Of a stretch of DNA of 64,000 bases, positions 27,060 through 36,177 are shown piece after piece. How positions within the stretch are numbered: position 1 is the stretch's first letter; the number at the start of each line of letters is the position of its first letter. Source of the stretch: an uncultured Actinomycetes bacterium (lineage in GTDB: Bacteria; Actinomycetota; Acidimicrobiia; IMCC26256; PALSA-555); the NCBI GenBank assembly GCA_903899845.1, contig CAIUKV010000008.1:12533-76532 (forward strand), read 5' to 3'. Position numbers and translations under genes: made by a program. The notes under the pieces are model-generated. The model was not told the DNA's origin, did no database searches, and worked only from the letters and a program-made list of their open reading frames with translations.

Positions 27060-28292
27060 ATGTCCGAAGGGCTGCTGTCCGGCATCCGCATCGTGGAGAG
27101 CTCCATGCTCGGTCCGGCCGAGATGGGCGGCTTCCTCGCAGACCTCGGCGCCGACGTGATCAAGATCGAGCCACCCGGGGGCGACTACGGCCGGCAGATG
27201 ACCTGGCCCATCGTCGAGGGCGCGTCGCTGCTGTCGTTGCACGTGAACCGGGCCAAGCGGTCGGTGATCCTCGACCTGCGCACCCCGGAGGCGATCGAGG
27301 TGTACCTCGACCTGGTGCGCGACGCCGACGCGGTGATCGAGGCCATGCGCCCCGGCGCGCTCGCCCGGCGGGGCCTGACGTTCGAGCGGATGCAGGCGGT
27401 CAACCCGCGGATCGTGTTCTGCTCGATCTCGGGGTACGGCGCGACCGGGCCGTACCGGGACCTGCCCTCGCACGGGATCGCCTACGACACCTGGGCGGGG
27501 AACTTCGCGCCCGCCTACGACGACGACGGCTTCTGCTACATCCCCGAGCACGCGTCGATGGGCATCCACGCCGGGCCGCTCATGGGCGCGTTCGGGATCC
27601 TCGCCGGCATCCTGCGGGCGCGGGCGACCGGGGTCGGGTGCCAGATGGAGATCGCGCAGTCCGACGCCGCGGCCTACATGGACTGGTACCGCATCGAGTC
27701 GTGGAAGGCCTACGAGCGCCCGCAGTCGGAGGTCACCGGGAACGCCACCGACAACTACGAGCGCCGGGACCCGGGCACGGCCGGGATGCGCGGTGGCGTC
27801 CGCTACCAGATGTACGAGTCGGCCGACGGTCACGTGCTGTTCATGGCCTCGGAGCGCGAGTTCTGGAAGAACTTCTGCGCGGGCGTCGACCGCATGGATC
27901 TGTTCGAGCGGTGGCCGGGGGAGAAGTACGCCGACCACGCGCGCCACAACCGCGAGCTCCAGGCCGTGCTGCGCGACATCTTCAGGACGAGGACGAGCGC
28001 CGAGTGGATCGCCTTCGGCAACGAGCACAACACCACGATCGCGCCGGTGAACACCCCGAAGACGATCATGGACGACCCGCAATTCCAGCACCGGTTCCAC
28101 TGGTACCCGGCGGCGCAGACCGTCGCCGACACCCTCGCCCTCCCGCTGATGGTGACGGGCGAGGATCCGCCCGACCTCACCCGGGCCCCCGACGCGGGCG
28201 AGCACACCGACGCCGTGCTCGCCGACGTGCTCGGCTACGACGCCGACCGCATCGCCGCGCTGCGCGCGTCCGGCGCGCTCGGCGACGCCTGA
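27060..28292 (+). CDS. Family III CoA-transferase (CaiB/BaiF/racemase family)
   Basis: LSGIRIVESSMLGPAEMGGFLADLGADVIKIEPPGGD... is the classic N-terminal signature. Confidence 0.9.
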   Translation: MSEGLLSGIRIVESSMLGPAEMGGFLADLGADVIKIEPPGGDYGRQMTWPIVEGASLLSLHVNRAKRSVILDLRTPEAIEVYLDLVRDADAVIEAMRPGALARRGLTFERMQAVNPRIVFCSISGYGATGPYRDLPSHGIAYDTWAGNFAPAYDDDGFCYIPEHASMGIHAGPLMGAFGILAGILRARATGVGCQMEIAQSDAAAYMDWYRIESWKAYERPQSEVTGNATDNYERRDPGTAGMRGGVRYQMYESADGHVLFMASEREFWKNFCAGVDRMDLFERWPGEKYADHARHNRELQAVLRDIFRTRTSAEWIAFGNEHNTTIAPVNTPKTIMDDPQFQHRFHWYPAAQTVADTLALPLMVTGEDPPDLTRAPDAGEHTDAVLADVLGYDADRIAALRASGALGDA

Positions 28293-28340
28293 CCGGCCCC
28301 CAGACGCCCCGACTCGACCCCGACCCCGAGGAGCGCCGCC

Positions 28341-29141
28341 ATGGGCACCGTCTGCATCACCGGTTCGGCCTCGGGCATGGGCCTCGCCACCACGACCCGC
28401 CTGCGCGCCGCCGGTCACACCGTGATCGGGGTGGACCGTCACGACGCCGACGTGGTGGCGGACCTCGGGACCCCCGAGGGCCGGGCCGGCGCGGTGGCGG
28501 CGGTCGACGCGGCGTGCGGCGGGGTGCTCGACGGCTTCGCCCCCTTCGCCGGGCTGGGTGGGCTCCCGGGCCGTCCGGGGTCGCTCGTGGCGTCGGTGAA
28601 CTACTTCGGCACCGCCGCGCTGCTGCCGGCGCTGCGCCCGATGCTGGCCCGGGGCACCGCGCCCTCCTGCGTGGTGATCGGATCCAACTCCACGACGTGC
28701 CAGCCCAACCTCCCCGAGGACCTGGTCGAGGCCTGCCTGGCCGGTGACGAAGCACGGGCACGGGACCTCGCCGATGCGCACGGCTCGGTGCAGACCTACC
28801 CCGCCACCAAGCTCGCGCTCACCCGGTGGGTCCGTCGCCATGCGCCCGGCCCGGACTGGGCCGGGGCCGGGATCCGCTGCAACGTGGTCGCCCCCGGCCT
28901 GGTGGAGACGGCGCTCACCGCCGAGCAGCGGGCCGACCCGACCATGGGACCCCTGATCGGCGGGTTCCCGGTGCCGCTCGGCCGGGGCGGTCGACCCGAG
29001 GAGCTCGCCGCGCTGGTGGACTTCCTGCTCGGCCCCGAGTCCAGCTTCTTCGTGGGCTCGGTGATCTGCTGCGACGGGGGGACCGAGGCCCAGCTGCGAC
29101 CCGACGACTGGCCCGCGATCTGGCGCCTCGGCGGCGCCTGA
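28341..29141 (+). CDS. Short-chain dehydrogenase/reductase, 3-alpha-hydroxysteroid dehydrogenase/carbonyl reductase-like
   Basis: VCITGSASGMGLATTTRLRAAGHTVIGVDRHDADVVADLGTPEGR closely parallels the N-terminus of Comamonas HsdA as I recall it. Confidence 0.8.
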   Translation: MGTVCITGSASGMGLATTTRLRAAGHTVIGVDRHDADVVADLGTPEGRAGAVAAVDAACGGVLDGFAPFAGLGGLPGRPGSLVASVNYFGTAALLPALRPMLARGTAPSCVVIGSNSTTCQPNLPEDLVEACLAGDEARARDLADAHGSVQTYPATKLALTRWVRRHAPGPDWAGAGIRCNVVAPGLVETALTAEQRADPTMGPLIGGFPVPLGRGGRPEELAALVDFLLGPESSFFVGSVICCDGGTEAQLRPDDWPAIWRLGGA

Positions 29142-29143
29142 GC

Positions 29144-29995
29144 GTGGCCGACGCCCCCACCCCCGTCGGCCGGTTCGAGCGACTGCAGGTCTGGCGCGAC
29201 GGGCCCGTGGGCTGGCTGGTCTTCGACCGGCCCGACGCGCACAACGCGCTCGACGCGGTCATGTTCCGCGAGCTGGAGGTCGCCTGGCGGGCGCTCGACG
29301 ACGACCCCGAGGTGCGGGTGATCGTCAACACGGGCAACGGGCCCGCCTTCCAGTCCGGGCTCGACGTCGGCCAGCTCGCCCGGGACCCCGAGGCGCTGCG
29401 CGCGGTGGCGCGCCAGACCCGTGACTTCGAGCTGCGCTTCACCGCGTGGCAGGTCGGGGTGCGCAAGCCGGTGATCGCCGCGGTCAACGGCGTGTGCGCG
29501 GGCGGTGGGCTGCACTTCGTGGCCGACGCCGACATCGTCATCGCGGCGAGCGACGCCGAGTTCACCGATCCCCACGTCTCGGTGGGGCAGGTGAGCGCGT
29601 TCGAGACCATCGCCCTCGTCCGTCGTTCGCCGATGGAGCCGGTGCTGCGGATGGCGTTCACCGGGCGCCACGAGCGCATGTCGGCCGGGCGGGCCCACCA
29701 GCTCGGCATCTGCAGCCAGGTCGTCGACCCGCCGGGCGACCTGCGGGCCGCGGCGGGCGCGCTGGCCGGGTTGATCGCCCGGAACTCGCCCACCGCGATG
29801 GCGATCACCAAGCGGGCCCTGTGGGAGGCCCTCGAGCAGGACCTCACCGACGCGTGCGCGGCGGGCGCCCGCGATCTCGTCTCGATGTGGGGCCACCCCG
29901 ACCAGACCGAGGGGCCGGCCGCGTTCGCCGAGCGCCGGCCCCCGGCGTGGGCGCCGCTCGGTCCCGGTCCGGCGGTCGGGAGCACCCGACGATGA
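29144..29995 (+). CDS. Enoyl-CoA hydratase/isomerase family protein (tandem paralog 1)
   Basis: GTG 29144 lies 2 nt after the SDR stop. LVFDRPDAHNAL, NTGNGPAFQSGLDV, VNGVCAGGG. Confidence 0.85.
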   Translation: MADAPTPVGRFERLQVWRDGPVGWLVFDRPDAHNALDAVMFRELEVAWRALDDDPEVRVIVNTGNGPAFQSGLDVGQLARDPEALRAVARQTRDFELRFTAWQVGVRKPVIAAVNGVCAGGGLHFVADADIVIAASDAEFTDPHVSVGQVSAFETIALVRRSPMEPVLRMAFTGRHERMSAGRAHQLGICSQVVDPPGDLRAAAGALAGLIARNSPTAMAITKRALWEALEQDLTDACAAGARDLVSMWGHPDQTEGPAAFAERRPPAWAPLGPGPAVGSTRR

Positions 29996-30843
29996 CGTCC
30001 GGACGGTACGAGACGCTCGTCGTCGAGCGCCACGGGCCCGTGGGGTGGCTGATCTTCGACCGGCCCGAGCAGCTCAACGCGATGAACAACGCCATGCGCG
30101 ACGAGCTCGCCGACGCCTGGCTCGAGCTCGACCGCGATCCCGCGGTGCGGGTGATCGTGCACACCGGGAACGGCCGGGCCTTCCAGACCGGGGTCGACGT
30201 GATGGAGGTCGCCACCGACGGGCTCGGCTTCGAGCGCTACCGGGACTCCATGGAGCGCTTCGACCTCCACTTCACCGCCTGGCACCAGGGGGTGGGGAAG
30301 CCGGTGATCTGCGCGGTCAACGGCCTGTGCGCGGGGGGCGCGTTCCACTGGGTCGCCGACTCCGACATCGTGATCGCGGCGTCCGACGCGCAGTTCTTCG
30401 ACCCGCACGTGTCGATCGGCCAGGTGGTGGCGATCGAGGCCATCGGGCTCATGCGCCGCATCCCCGCCGAGGCGGTCATGCGCATGGCGTTCGTGGGCCG
30501 GCACGAGCGCATGACGGCCCAGCGCGCCTACGAGCTCGGCATGATCAGCCAGGTGGTCGACCCGCCCGAGCGCCTGCGCGAGGAGGCCCAGCGCCTGGGC
30601 GAGACGATCGCCCGCAACTCGCCCACCGCGATGCGGCTCACCAAGCGGGCGCTGTGGGGGGCGCTCGAGCACGGGCTCACCGACGCGTGCCGGGCCGGGG
30701 CCCGCCACCTCGTGGCCATGTGGGGCCACCCGGACCAGACCGAGGGTCCCGCCGCCTTCGCCGAGCACCGCGACCCGGACTGGCAGCCGCTGGCCCCCGA
30801 CCCGGACCCCGACCCGGACCCCGACCCCGACCCCGGACCCTGA
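29992..30843 (+). CDS. Enoyl-CoA hydratase/isomerase family protein (tandem paralog 2) with a C-terminal (Pro-Asp)6 tail
   Basis: ATG 29992 overlaps the upstream stop (ATGA). Collinear similarity with paralog 1. Confidence 0.85.
   Translation: MTSGRYETLVVERHGPVGWLIFDRPEQLNAMNNAMRDELADAWLELDRDPAVRVIVHTGNGRAFQTGVDVMEVATDGLGFERYRDSMERFDLHFTAWHQGVGKPVICAVNGLCAGGAFHWVADSDIVIAASDAQFFDPHVSIGQVVAIEAIGLMRRIPAEAVMRMAFVGRHERMTAQRAYELGMISQVVDPPERLREEAQRLGETIARNSPTAMRLTKRALWGALEHGLTDACRAGARHLVAMWGHPDQTEGPAAFAEHRDPDWQPLAPDPDPDPDPDPDPGP
30796..30840 (+). repeat. Coding hexanucleotide repeat (ccSgac)n giving PDPDPDPDPDPDPGP
   Basis: Read directly at the 3' end of the hydratase gene. Confidence 0.8.
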
Positions 30844-30877
30844 GCCCCGTTCCGGAGCCGGATCCCCGGCGGCGGCC

Positions 30878-32131
30878 TCAGCTCCGGGGCACGTCCGCCC
30901 AGGCCGCCCCGCGGTGGGGATCGGGCTCCCGGGGCAGGCCCAGCACCCGCTCGCCCAGGATGGTGCGGTTCACCTCCGAGGTCCCGCCCTCGATCCGGTT
31001 GGCCCGGCTGCGCAGGAAGCCCCGCACCTCGCGGGGGAGCGGACCGGGACCGGCGGACCAGGCCAGGGCGTCGGCTCCGAGGAGGTCGACCGCGAGCTCC
31101 TGGGTGCACACGTTGACGTCGGCGTTCATCACCTTGCCGATCGACGACTCGGGCCCGAGACGCCCGACGCGCGCGTTGTCGCGCACTCGGGCGTTGGTCC
31201 AGCGCCGGATCTGCTCGAGCGACCACAGCTCGGCGAGGCGCTGACGCACGCGCGGATCACGGTGGCGTCCCCGGTCCCGGGCGAGCACCAGCAGGGCGTC
31301 CACCCCGGCGCCGCCGATGCGGTCGACCCCGCCTGATCCGGGGCCGGCGACCATCTGGCGCTCCCCCGAGAGCGTGGCGTTGGCGACGGTCCAGCCCTCG
31401 CCTTCGGCGCCGAGGCGGAACGCGTCGGGCACGCGTGCGCCCGCGAGGAAGACCTCGTTGAAGTCGTGCTCGCCCGTCATCTGGACCAACGGGCGGACCT
31501 CCACCCCCGGCTGGCGCATCGGCAGCAGGAAGTAGGTGATCCCGTCCCGCTTGGGCACCGCCGGGTCCGTCCGGGCGATGCACATCCCGTAGTCGGCGAA
31601 GTGGGCCCAGGTGCTCCACACCTTCTGGCCGGTGAGCACCCACTCGTCGCCGTCGCGCTCGGCCCGGGTGGCCAGGGACGCCAGGTCCGAGCCGGCGCCC
31701 GGCTCCGAGAAGAGCTGACACCAGACCTCGGTGTTGGTGACGATGCCGGGCAGGAACCTCGCCTGCTGGGCCTCGGTGCCGAAGGCCAGGATCGTGGGGC
31801 CGGCCAGGTTCAGGCCGAGCACGTTGAGCCGACCGAGGTGGTAGGGCGCGAGCTCGGCCTCGAGCACCCGGGCGAGGCGGGCCGGGACCCCGAGGCCGCC
31901 GTAGGCGCGTGGCCACTGGGGCGCGACCAGCCCCGTGGCGGCGAACACCGGGTACCAGGCCTCGTAGTCGGCACGCGACCGGACCGCCCGGACCGCGGCC
32001 CGGCCTCCCTGCACCGCCGCCGAGCGCCACGACTCGGGCACGGCGGAGGCGACCCAGTCCCGCACGACCGCCACGGCGGTGGGCGCATCGGTGTCGGCGG
32101 TGATGGGCAGCAGCGCGAACGACGTCGTCAC
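30878..32131 (-). CDS. Acyl-CoA dehydrogenase
   Basis: WPRAYGGLG, GPTILAFGTEAQQARFLPGI, FSEPGAGSDLASL, KVWSTWAH. GTG 32131 overlaps the upstream stop (GTGA). Confidence 0.85.
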   Translation of the reverse strand: MTTSFALLPITADTDAPTAVAVVRDWVASAVPESWRSAAVQGGRAAVRAVRSRADYEAWYPVFAATGLVAPQWPRAYGGLGVPARLARVLEAELAPYHLGRLNVLGLNLAGPTILAFGTEAQQARFLPGIVTNTEVWCQLFSEPGAGSDLASLATRAERDGDEWVLTGQKVWSTWAHFADYGMCIARTDPAVPKRDGITYFLLPMRQPGVEVRPLVQMTGEHDFNEVFLAGARVPDAFRLGAEGEGWTVANATLSGERQMVAGPGSGGVDRIGGAGVDALLVLARDRGRHRDPRVRQRLAELWSLEQIRRWTNARVRDNARVGRLGPESSIGKVMNADVNVCTQELAVDLLGADALAWSAGPGPLPREVRGFLRSRANRIEGGTSEVNRTILGERVLGLPREPDPHRGAAWADVPRS

Positions 32132-33630
32132 GGAGCATCGTCCGCGGGGCTCGGAGGATCCGCGGCCGCGGCCCGCTCGACCAGCACGTGGCGCAGCACC
32201 TTGCCCACCTCGTTGCGGGGCAGCTCGGCGACCTCGACCACCCGGGTGGGCACGGCGTACGGCGCGCAGGTCTCCCGGACCCGGGCCGTGAGGGCGACCG
32301 GATCGACGGTCGCCCCGGCCGCGGGCACCACCCAGGCCCAGGGCACCTCGCCGAGACGGGCGTCGGGCACCCCCGCCACGCACACGTCGGCCACCGCCGG
32401 ATCGGCCCGGAGCGCCTCCTCGACGTCGATCGGGTGGACCTTGAGCCCGCCGCGGTTGATCACGTCGGAGCACCGCCCGTCGACCCAGAGGAACCCGTCC
32501 GCGTCGAGCCGACCGAGGTCACCGGTGCGCAGGAAGCCGTCCGGGTCGAGTCGGGTGTCGACCTCGAGCCGGTCGCCGGCGTATCCCTGCATCACGAACG
32601 GCGACCGGGCCCAGATCTCACCGGTCTCGTCGATCGCCGCGGTCGCGCCGTCGGGGCGGACGATCCGAACCTCGATGCCGTCGTGGGGCCGACCGACCGA
32701 CCCGAGCTTGGCGTCCCCGAACTCACGGGCGTCGCCCGCGCTCCAGCCGACGATCTCGCCCCCGAGCTCGGTCTGTCCGTACGAGTTCAGGACGGTGACG
32801 CCGAAGCGGGCGCGGAAGCGCTGGGCCACGAGGGGCGAGAGCGGCGCGGTGCCGCTGCGGACGTACCGGAGCGGGGCGAGCGACGTGACCCCTGCGTCGT
32901 CGAGCAGCATCGCGAGCATCGGCGGGGCGAGGACGGCGGAGGTGCACCCGTGCTCGCGCACGGCGGCGGCGAACTCACAGGTGTCGAACGGGTGGCACAG
33001 GACGACGGCGGCGCCCACCCGGGCCGCGAACAGCAGGTTGTAGACCCCCGACCACAGCGCGAGGGGCATCGGCACCAGATTGGGCATCGGGATCCGCTCG
33101 GGACGGGGCGGAGCGGCGGTCGGGGTCGGCCCGCCGCGGATCTTGGCCAGGGCCGAGTCGACGGCGCCGACGATCGACGCGTGGGCGAGCAGGACCCGCT
33201 TGGGCGGTCCGGTGGTGCCGGAGGTCGTCATCACGAGCGCCACCCCCGGCTCGTACCGACGGGGCGTCCCGGGCCACACGGATGCCTGCGGCACCAGCGA
33301 CGCCTCGTCGAGCGACGGTCGCACGACCACCGCGGGTCGGGTCTCGGCGACGAGGCGGTCGATCGCCGCCGCCGGGAGGCGGGGGTTCAGCGGCGCCGCC
33401 ACCGCGCCGACGCGCCAGATCGCGAACAGCATCACGACGCCGAGCGGGGTCGAGGGCACCAACGCGGCGACCGCGCTGTCGGAGGCGACGCCCATGCGCA
33501 CCAACGTGCCCGCGAGGCGATCGGCGGCGTCGAGGATCTCGCCCCGGGTCCAGGTGGCGCCCCGCCAGTGCACCAGCGGCGCGTCGCGCGACGCTCCGTC
33601 CGCGTCGACGAGATCGGCGAGCCGGGTCAC
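32128..33630 (-). CDS. AMP-dependent acyl-CoA synthetase/ligase
   Basis: MTTSGTTGPPKRV (AMP-binding P-loop), YGQTELGG, TGDLGRLDADGFLWVDGR, GLKV. Confidence 0.85.
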   Translation of the reverse strand: MTRLADLVDADGASRDAPLVHWRGATWTRGEILDAADRLAGTLVRMGVASDSAVAALVPSTPLGVVMLFAIWRVGAVAAPLNPRLPAAAIDRLVAETRPAVVVRPSLDEASLVPQASVWPGTPRRYEPGVALVMTTSGTTGPPKRVLLAHASIVGAVDSALAKIRGGPTPTAAPPRPERIPMPNLVPMPLALWSGVYNLLFAARVGAAVVLCHPFDTCEFAAAVREHGCTSAVLAPPMLAMLLDDAGVTSLAPLRYVRSGTAPLSPLVAQRFRARFGVTVLNSYGQTELGGEIVGWSAGDAREFGDAKLGSVGRPHDGIEVRIVRPDGATAAIDETGEIWARSPFVMQGYAGDRLEVDTRLDPDGFLRTGDLGRLDADGFLWVDGRCSDVINRGGLKVHPIDVEEALRADPAVADVCVAGVPDARLGEVPWAWVVPAAGATVDPVALTARVRETCAPYAVPTRVVEVAELPRNEVGKVLRHVLVERAAAADPPSPADDAP

Positions 33631-33638
33631 GGGGTCGA

Positions 33639-33911
33639 TCAGGAGAAGATCGAGCCGAGGCCCCAGACCGCGACGACCAGGCCGAGCACCATGAAGCCCA
33701 CCGAACGCAGGATCGGCGCCTGGTCGAGGCGGCCGGTGCTGGTGCGGACCTGGCTGCGGACCGGGCTCCCCGGGCGCCCGCGGGTCACTGCGGCCCGGGC
33801 CGCGGCCCGCCGGTCGGCCCGCCGGCGGAGGAGCGCGTACGCGTTGGCCACGAAGAGCGCCGCGCCGAGGGCGGTCACCAGCTGCAGGAGGACGTCGCTG
33901 TAGAAGTCCAT
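33639..33911 (-). CDS. Small membrane protein, 90 aa, two predicted TM helices
   Basis: Very high third-position GC. The stop lies 8 nt before the synthetase start. Confidence 0.55.
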   Translation of the reverse strand: MDFYSDVLLQLVTALGAALFVANAYALLRRRADRRAAARAAVTRGRPGSPVRSQVRTSTGRLDQAPILRSVGFMVLGLVVAVWGLGSIFS

Positions 33912-33939
33912 CGGGCGATCGTAGGGCCCGGCGAGGAGG

Positions 33940-34431
33940 TCAGGCGCCGGGCTTCCAGACCATGAGCACGATCAGCACCACGGTCAGGGCGTTCAGGAAC
34001 CCACCGCCGATCGCCATGCGGCGCTCGATCGCGGCGAAGTCGGCCGGGGCCGCACCACCGGTGGGGGCCTCGCGCATCAGCGCCAGCATCCGCCGGGCCG
34101 ACGGGATCATCAGCCCGTGGGAGACCCCGAGTCCGACCACGTAGAGCACCAACGACAGCCAGATCCAGGTCTGGCCGAATCCGTACACGTCGTCGCTCAT
34201 CAGCACCATGAGGACGCCGGTGACGAGGATCCCGTAGATGAACCACTCGGCGACCTTCGAGACCCGGAAGTTCGTCTCGGCGACCGCCAGCCCCTCGGCC
34301 CCGGCCCGGGCCCGGGCCTGGGTGGCGTAGAGGCCGTTGAGGAACACCGCGCCGAGACCCACCACCGCGGTGAGGATGTGGAGCACGAGCACGGCCTTGT
34401 AGAGGTCGGTGTCGACGGCACCCAGGACCAC
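33940..34431 (-). CDS. Integral membrane protein (4 TM, DUF2269-like)
   Basis: Four hydrophobic helices and good codon bias. The family assignment is tentative. Confidence 0.55.
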   Translation of the reverse strand: MVLGAVDTDLYKAVLVLHILTAVVGLGAVFLNGLYATQARARAGAEGLAVAETNFRVSKVAEWFIYGILVTGVLMVLMSDDVYGFGQTWIWLSLVLYVVGLGVSHGLMIPSARRMLALMREAPTGGAAPADFAAIERRMAIGGGFLNALTVVLIVLMVWKPGA

Positions 34432-34510
34432 GGGGCCTCCTCGGGGTCGGGCCCTCGACGTCGCGGAGGACGTCGCGGGGATCGGGGATCAGGCGGGATC
34501 GTCACCCGGG

Positions 34511-34546
34511 TCGCCGGGAACCACCGGATCGCCGGGAACCACCGGA
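34511..34546. repeat. Perfect 18-bp tandem duplication (tcgccgggaaccaccgga x2) in the spacer upstream of nucS
   Basis: Read directly. Confidence 0.9.
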
Positions 34547-34616
34547 TCGTACGTCGGGTGGGGCGGCCGCCGCACGACCTCCCGGATCGCGCGCCGATCG
34601 TGCTACAACGCCGGGC

Positions 34617-35276
34617 GTGCGGTTGCTGGTGGCACAGTGCTCGGTGGCCTACGAGGGCCGGCTCGGCGCCCGGCTCGCGCCCGCCGTGCGCCTGGTCGTG
34701 TTCAAGGCCGACGGGTCGGTGGCCATCCACTCCGACGCCAAGGCGTACAAGCCCCTGAACTGGATGAACCCCCCGTGCACGGTGACCGAGGCCGACGGGG
34801 TGATCACCGTCGCGACCCCGAAGGGGGAGCGACTCGTGATCGAGGTGCACGAGGTCGTGTCCGACCAGCGCTTCGACCTCGGCGACGACCCCGGACTCGA
34901 GAAGGACGGGGTCGAGGCCGAGCTGCAGCAGCTGATCGCGGCACGGGTGGACGCGCTGGGGTCCGGCTTGCGCCTCGTGCGGCGCGAGTACCCCACCGAC
35001 CTCGGACCGGTGGACCTCCTGTGCCGGGACGCCGACGGCAACGCCGTCGTGGTGGAGATCAAGCGGGTCGGCGAGATCGCCGGGGTGGAGCAGCTGCTGC
35101 GCTACCAGGAGCGCCTCGACCGCGACGGCACGCTGGCCCCGACCCGGGGACTGTTCGTGGCGACCCGGATCAAGCCCCAGGCCCGCGTGTTCGCCGAGAG
35201 CCGCGGCGTCGCCTGCCTCGAGGTGGACCTCGAGGAGCTCCGCGGCTCGGCCCCGCCCGATCTGCGGCTGTTCTGA
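34617..35276 (+). CDS. nucS: Endonuclease NucS (EndoMS), mismatch-specific
   Basis: [16 protein letters not shown]...[11 protein letters not shown]...KPLNWM...[18 protein letters not shown]. Full-length NucS pattern. Confidence 0.9.
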   Translation: MRLLVAQCSVAYEGRLGARLAPAVRLVVFKADGSVAIHSDAKAYKPLNWMNPPCTVTEADGVITVATPKGERLVIEVHEVVSDQRFDLGDDPGLEKDGVEAELQQLIAARVDALGSGLRLVRREYPTDLGPVDLLCRDADGNAVVVEIKRVGEIAGVEQLLRYQERLDRDGTLAPTRGLFVATRIKPQARVFAESRGVACLEVDLEELRGSAPPDLRLF

Positions 35277-35369
35277 GCCCCGACCGGCGCGTCCGAGCCC
35301 GGTACGCCAGACTGGGGCGGTCCGGAGGCCACCGCGGCCTCCACCGCAGCCGGGGGCACACGAGCCGGG

Positions 35370-36155
35370 ATGACGCGCAACCAGATCTGGGCCACCGTGG
35401 GGGGCGGCGGGGCGGCGATCGCGATCGTGGTCGCGCTCGTCCTCGCGCTGACCGGAGGCGGGTCGCCCGACACGATCTCGACCGTGACCACCCGGCCCAC
35501 GACCACGAGCACCACGATCCGCCCGCCGATCACCACCGCCGCGGTGACCACCACGACCGCGGCGCCCGCACCGACCGTGCCGCCCACTGCCCCGCCCCCG
35601 CCGCCGACCACGATCGTGATCCCGCCGACCACCGTTGTCCCTGCGCCCACCGCGCCACCGACCGTTCCCCCGACCGTTCCCCCGACCGTGGCGCCCACCA
35701 CCGCGCCGACGACGGTGCCCCCGACGACGCTGCCCGCCGACTTCCCCACGGTCGCGTCGTTCACCCCGCGCCGCGGCCCGGCCGGGACCACGGTCGTCCT
35801 GACCGGCACGAACTTCGTGGGCGTGCAGTCGGTCACCTACGGGAGCGCGCCCACCCCGTTCACCGTGAACAGCCCGACCCAGATCACCCTCACCATCCCG
35901 GTGGGCACCCCGACGGGCCGCGGCCTGTTCACCGTGACCACCCCGGTGGGGGCGGCCCGCAGCGCCACCGCCTTCAAGGTCGTGGCCGGCCCGACGCCCA
36001 CCACCACCACCGTGCCCTGCCCGCCCCCGACCACCGGGCCCCCGGGCACGACCACGCCGACCTCCACCCCGACCACGAGCCTCCCCACCACCACGACGAC
36101 CGACCCCTGCGCGCCGCCCACCCCGACCACGACCACGACGACCCGCCCCGGGTGA
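35370..36155 (+). CDS. Membrane-anchored Pro/Thr-rich protein with a central IPT/TIG domain
   Basis: N-terminal TM (AAIAIVVALVLAL). The IPT/TIG-like core is SFTPRRGPAGTTVVLTGTNFVGVQSVTYG...TLTIPVGTPTG...VTTPVG. It is flanked by PT-rich linkers. Confidence 0.7.
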   Translation: MTRNQIWATVGGGGAAIAIVVALVLALTGGGSPDTISTVTTRPTTTSTTIRPPITTAAVTTTTAAPAPTVPPTAPPPPPTTIVIPPTTVVPAPTAPPTVPPTVPPTVAPTTAPTTVPPTTLPADFPTVASFTPRRGPAGTTVVLTGTNFVGVQSVTYGSAPTPFTVNSPTQITLTIPVGTPTGRGLFTVTTPVGAARSATAFKVVAGPTPTTTTVPCPPPTTGPPGTTTPTSTPTTSLPTTTTTDPCAPPTPTTTTTTRPG

Positions 36156-36177
36156 GCGGGTCCCGACGGGCGCCGGT

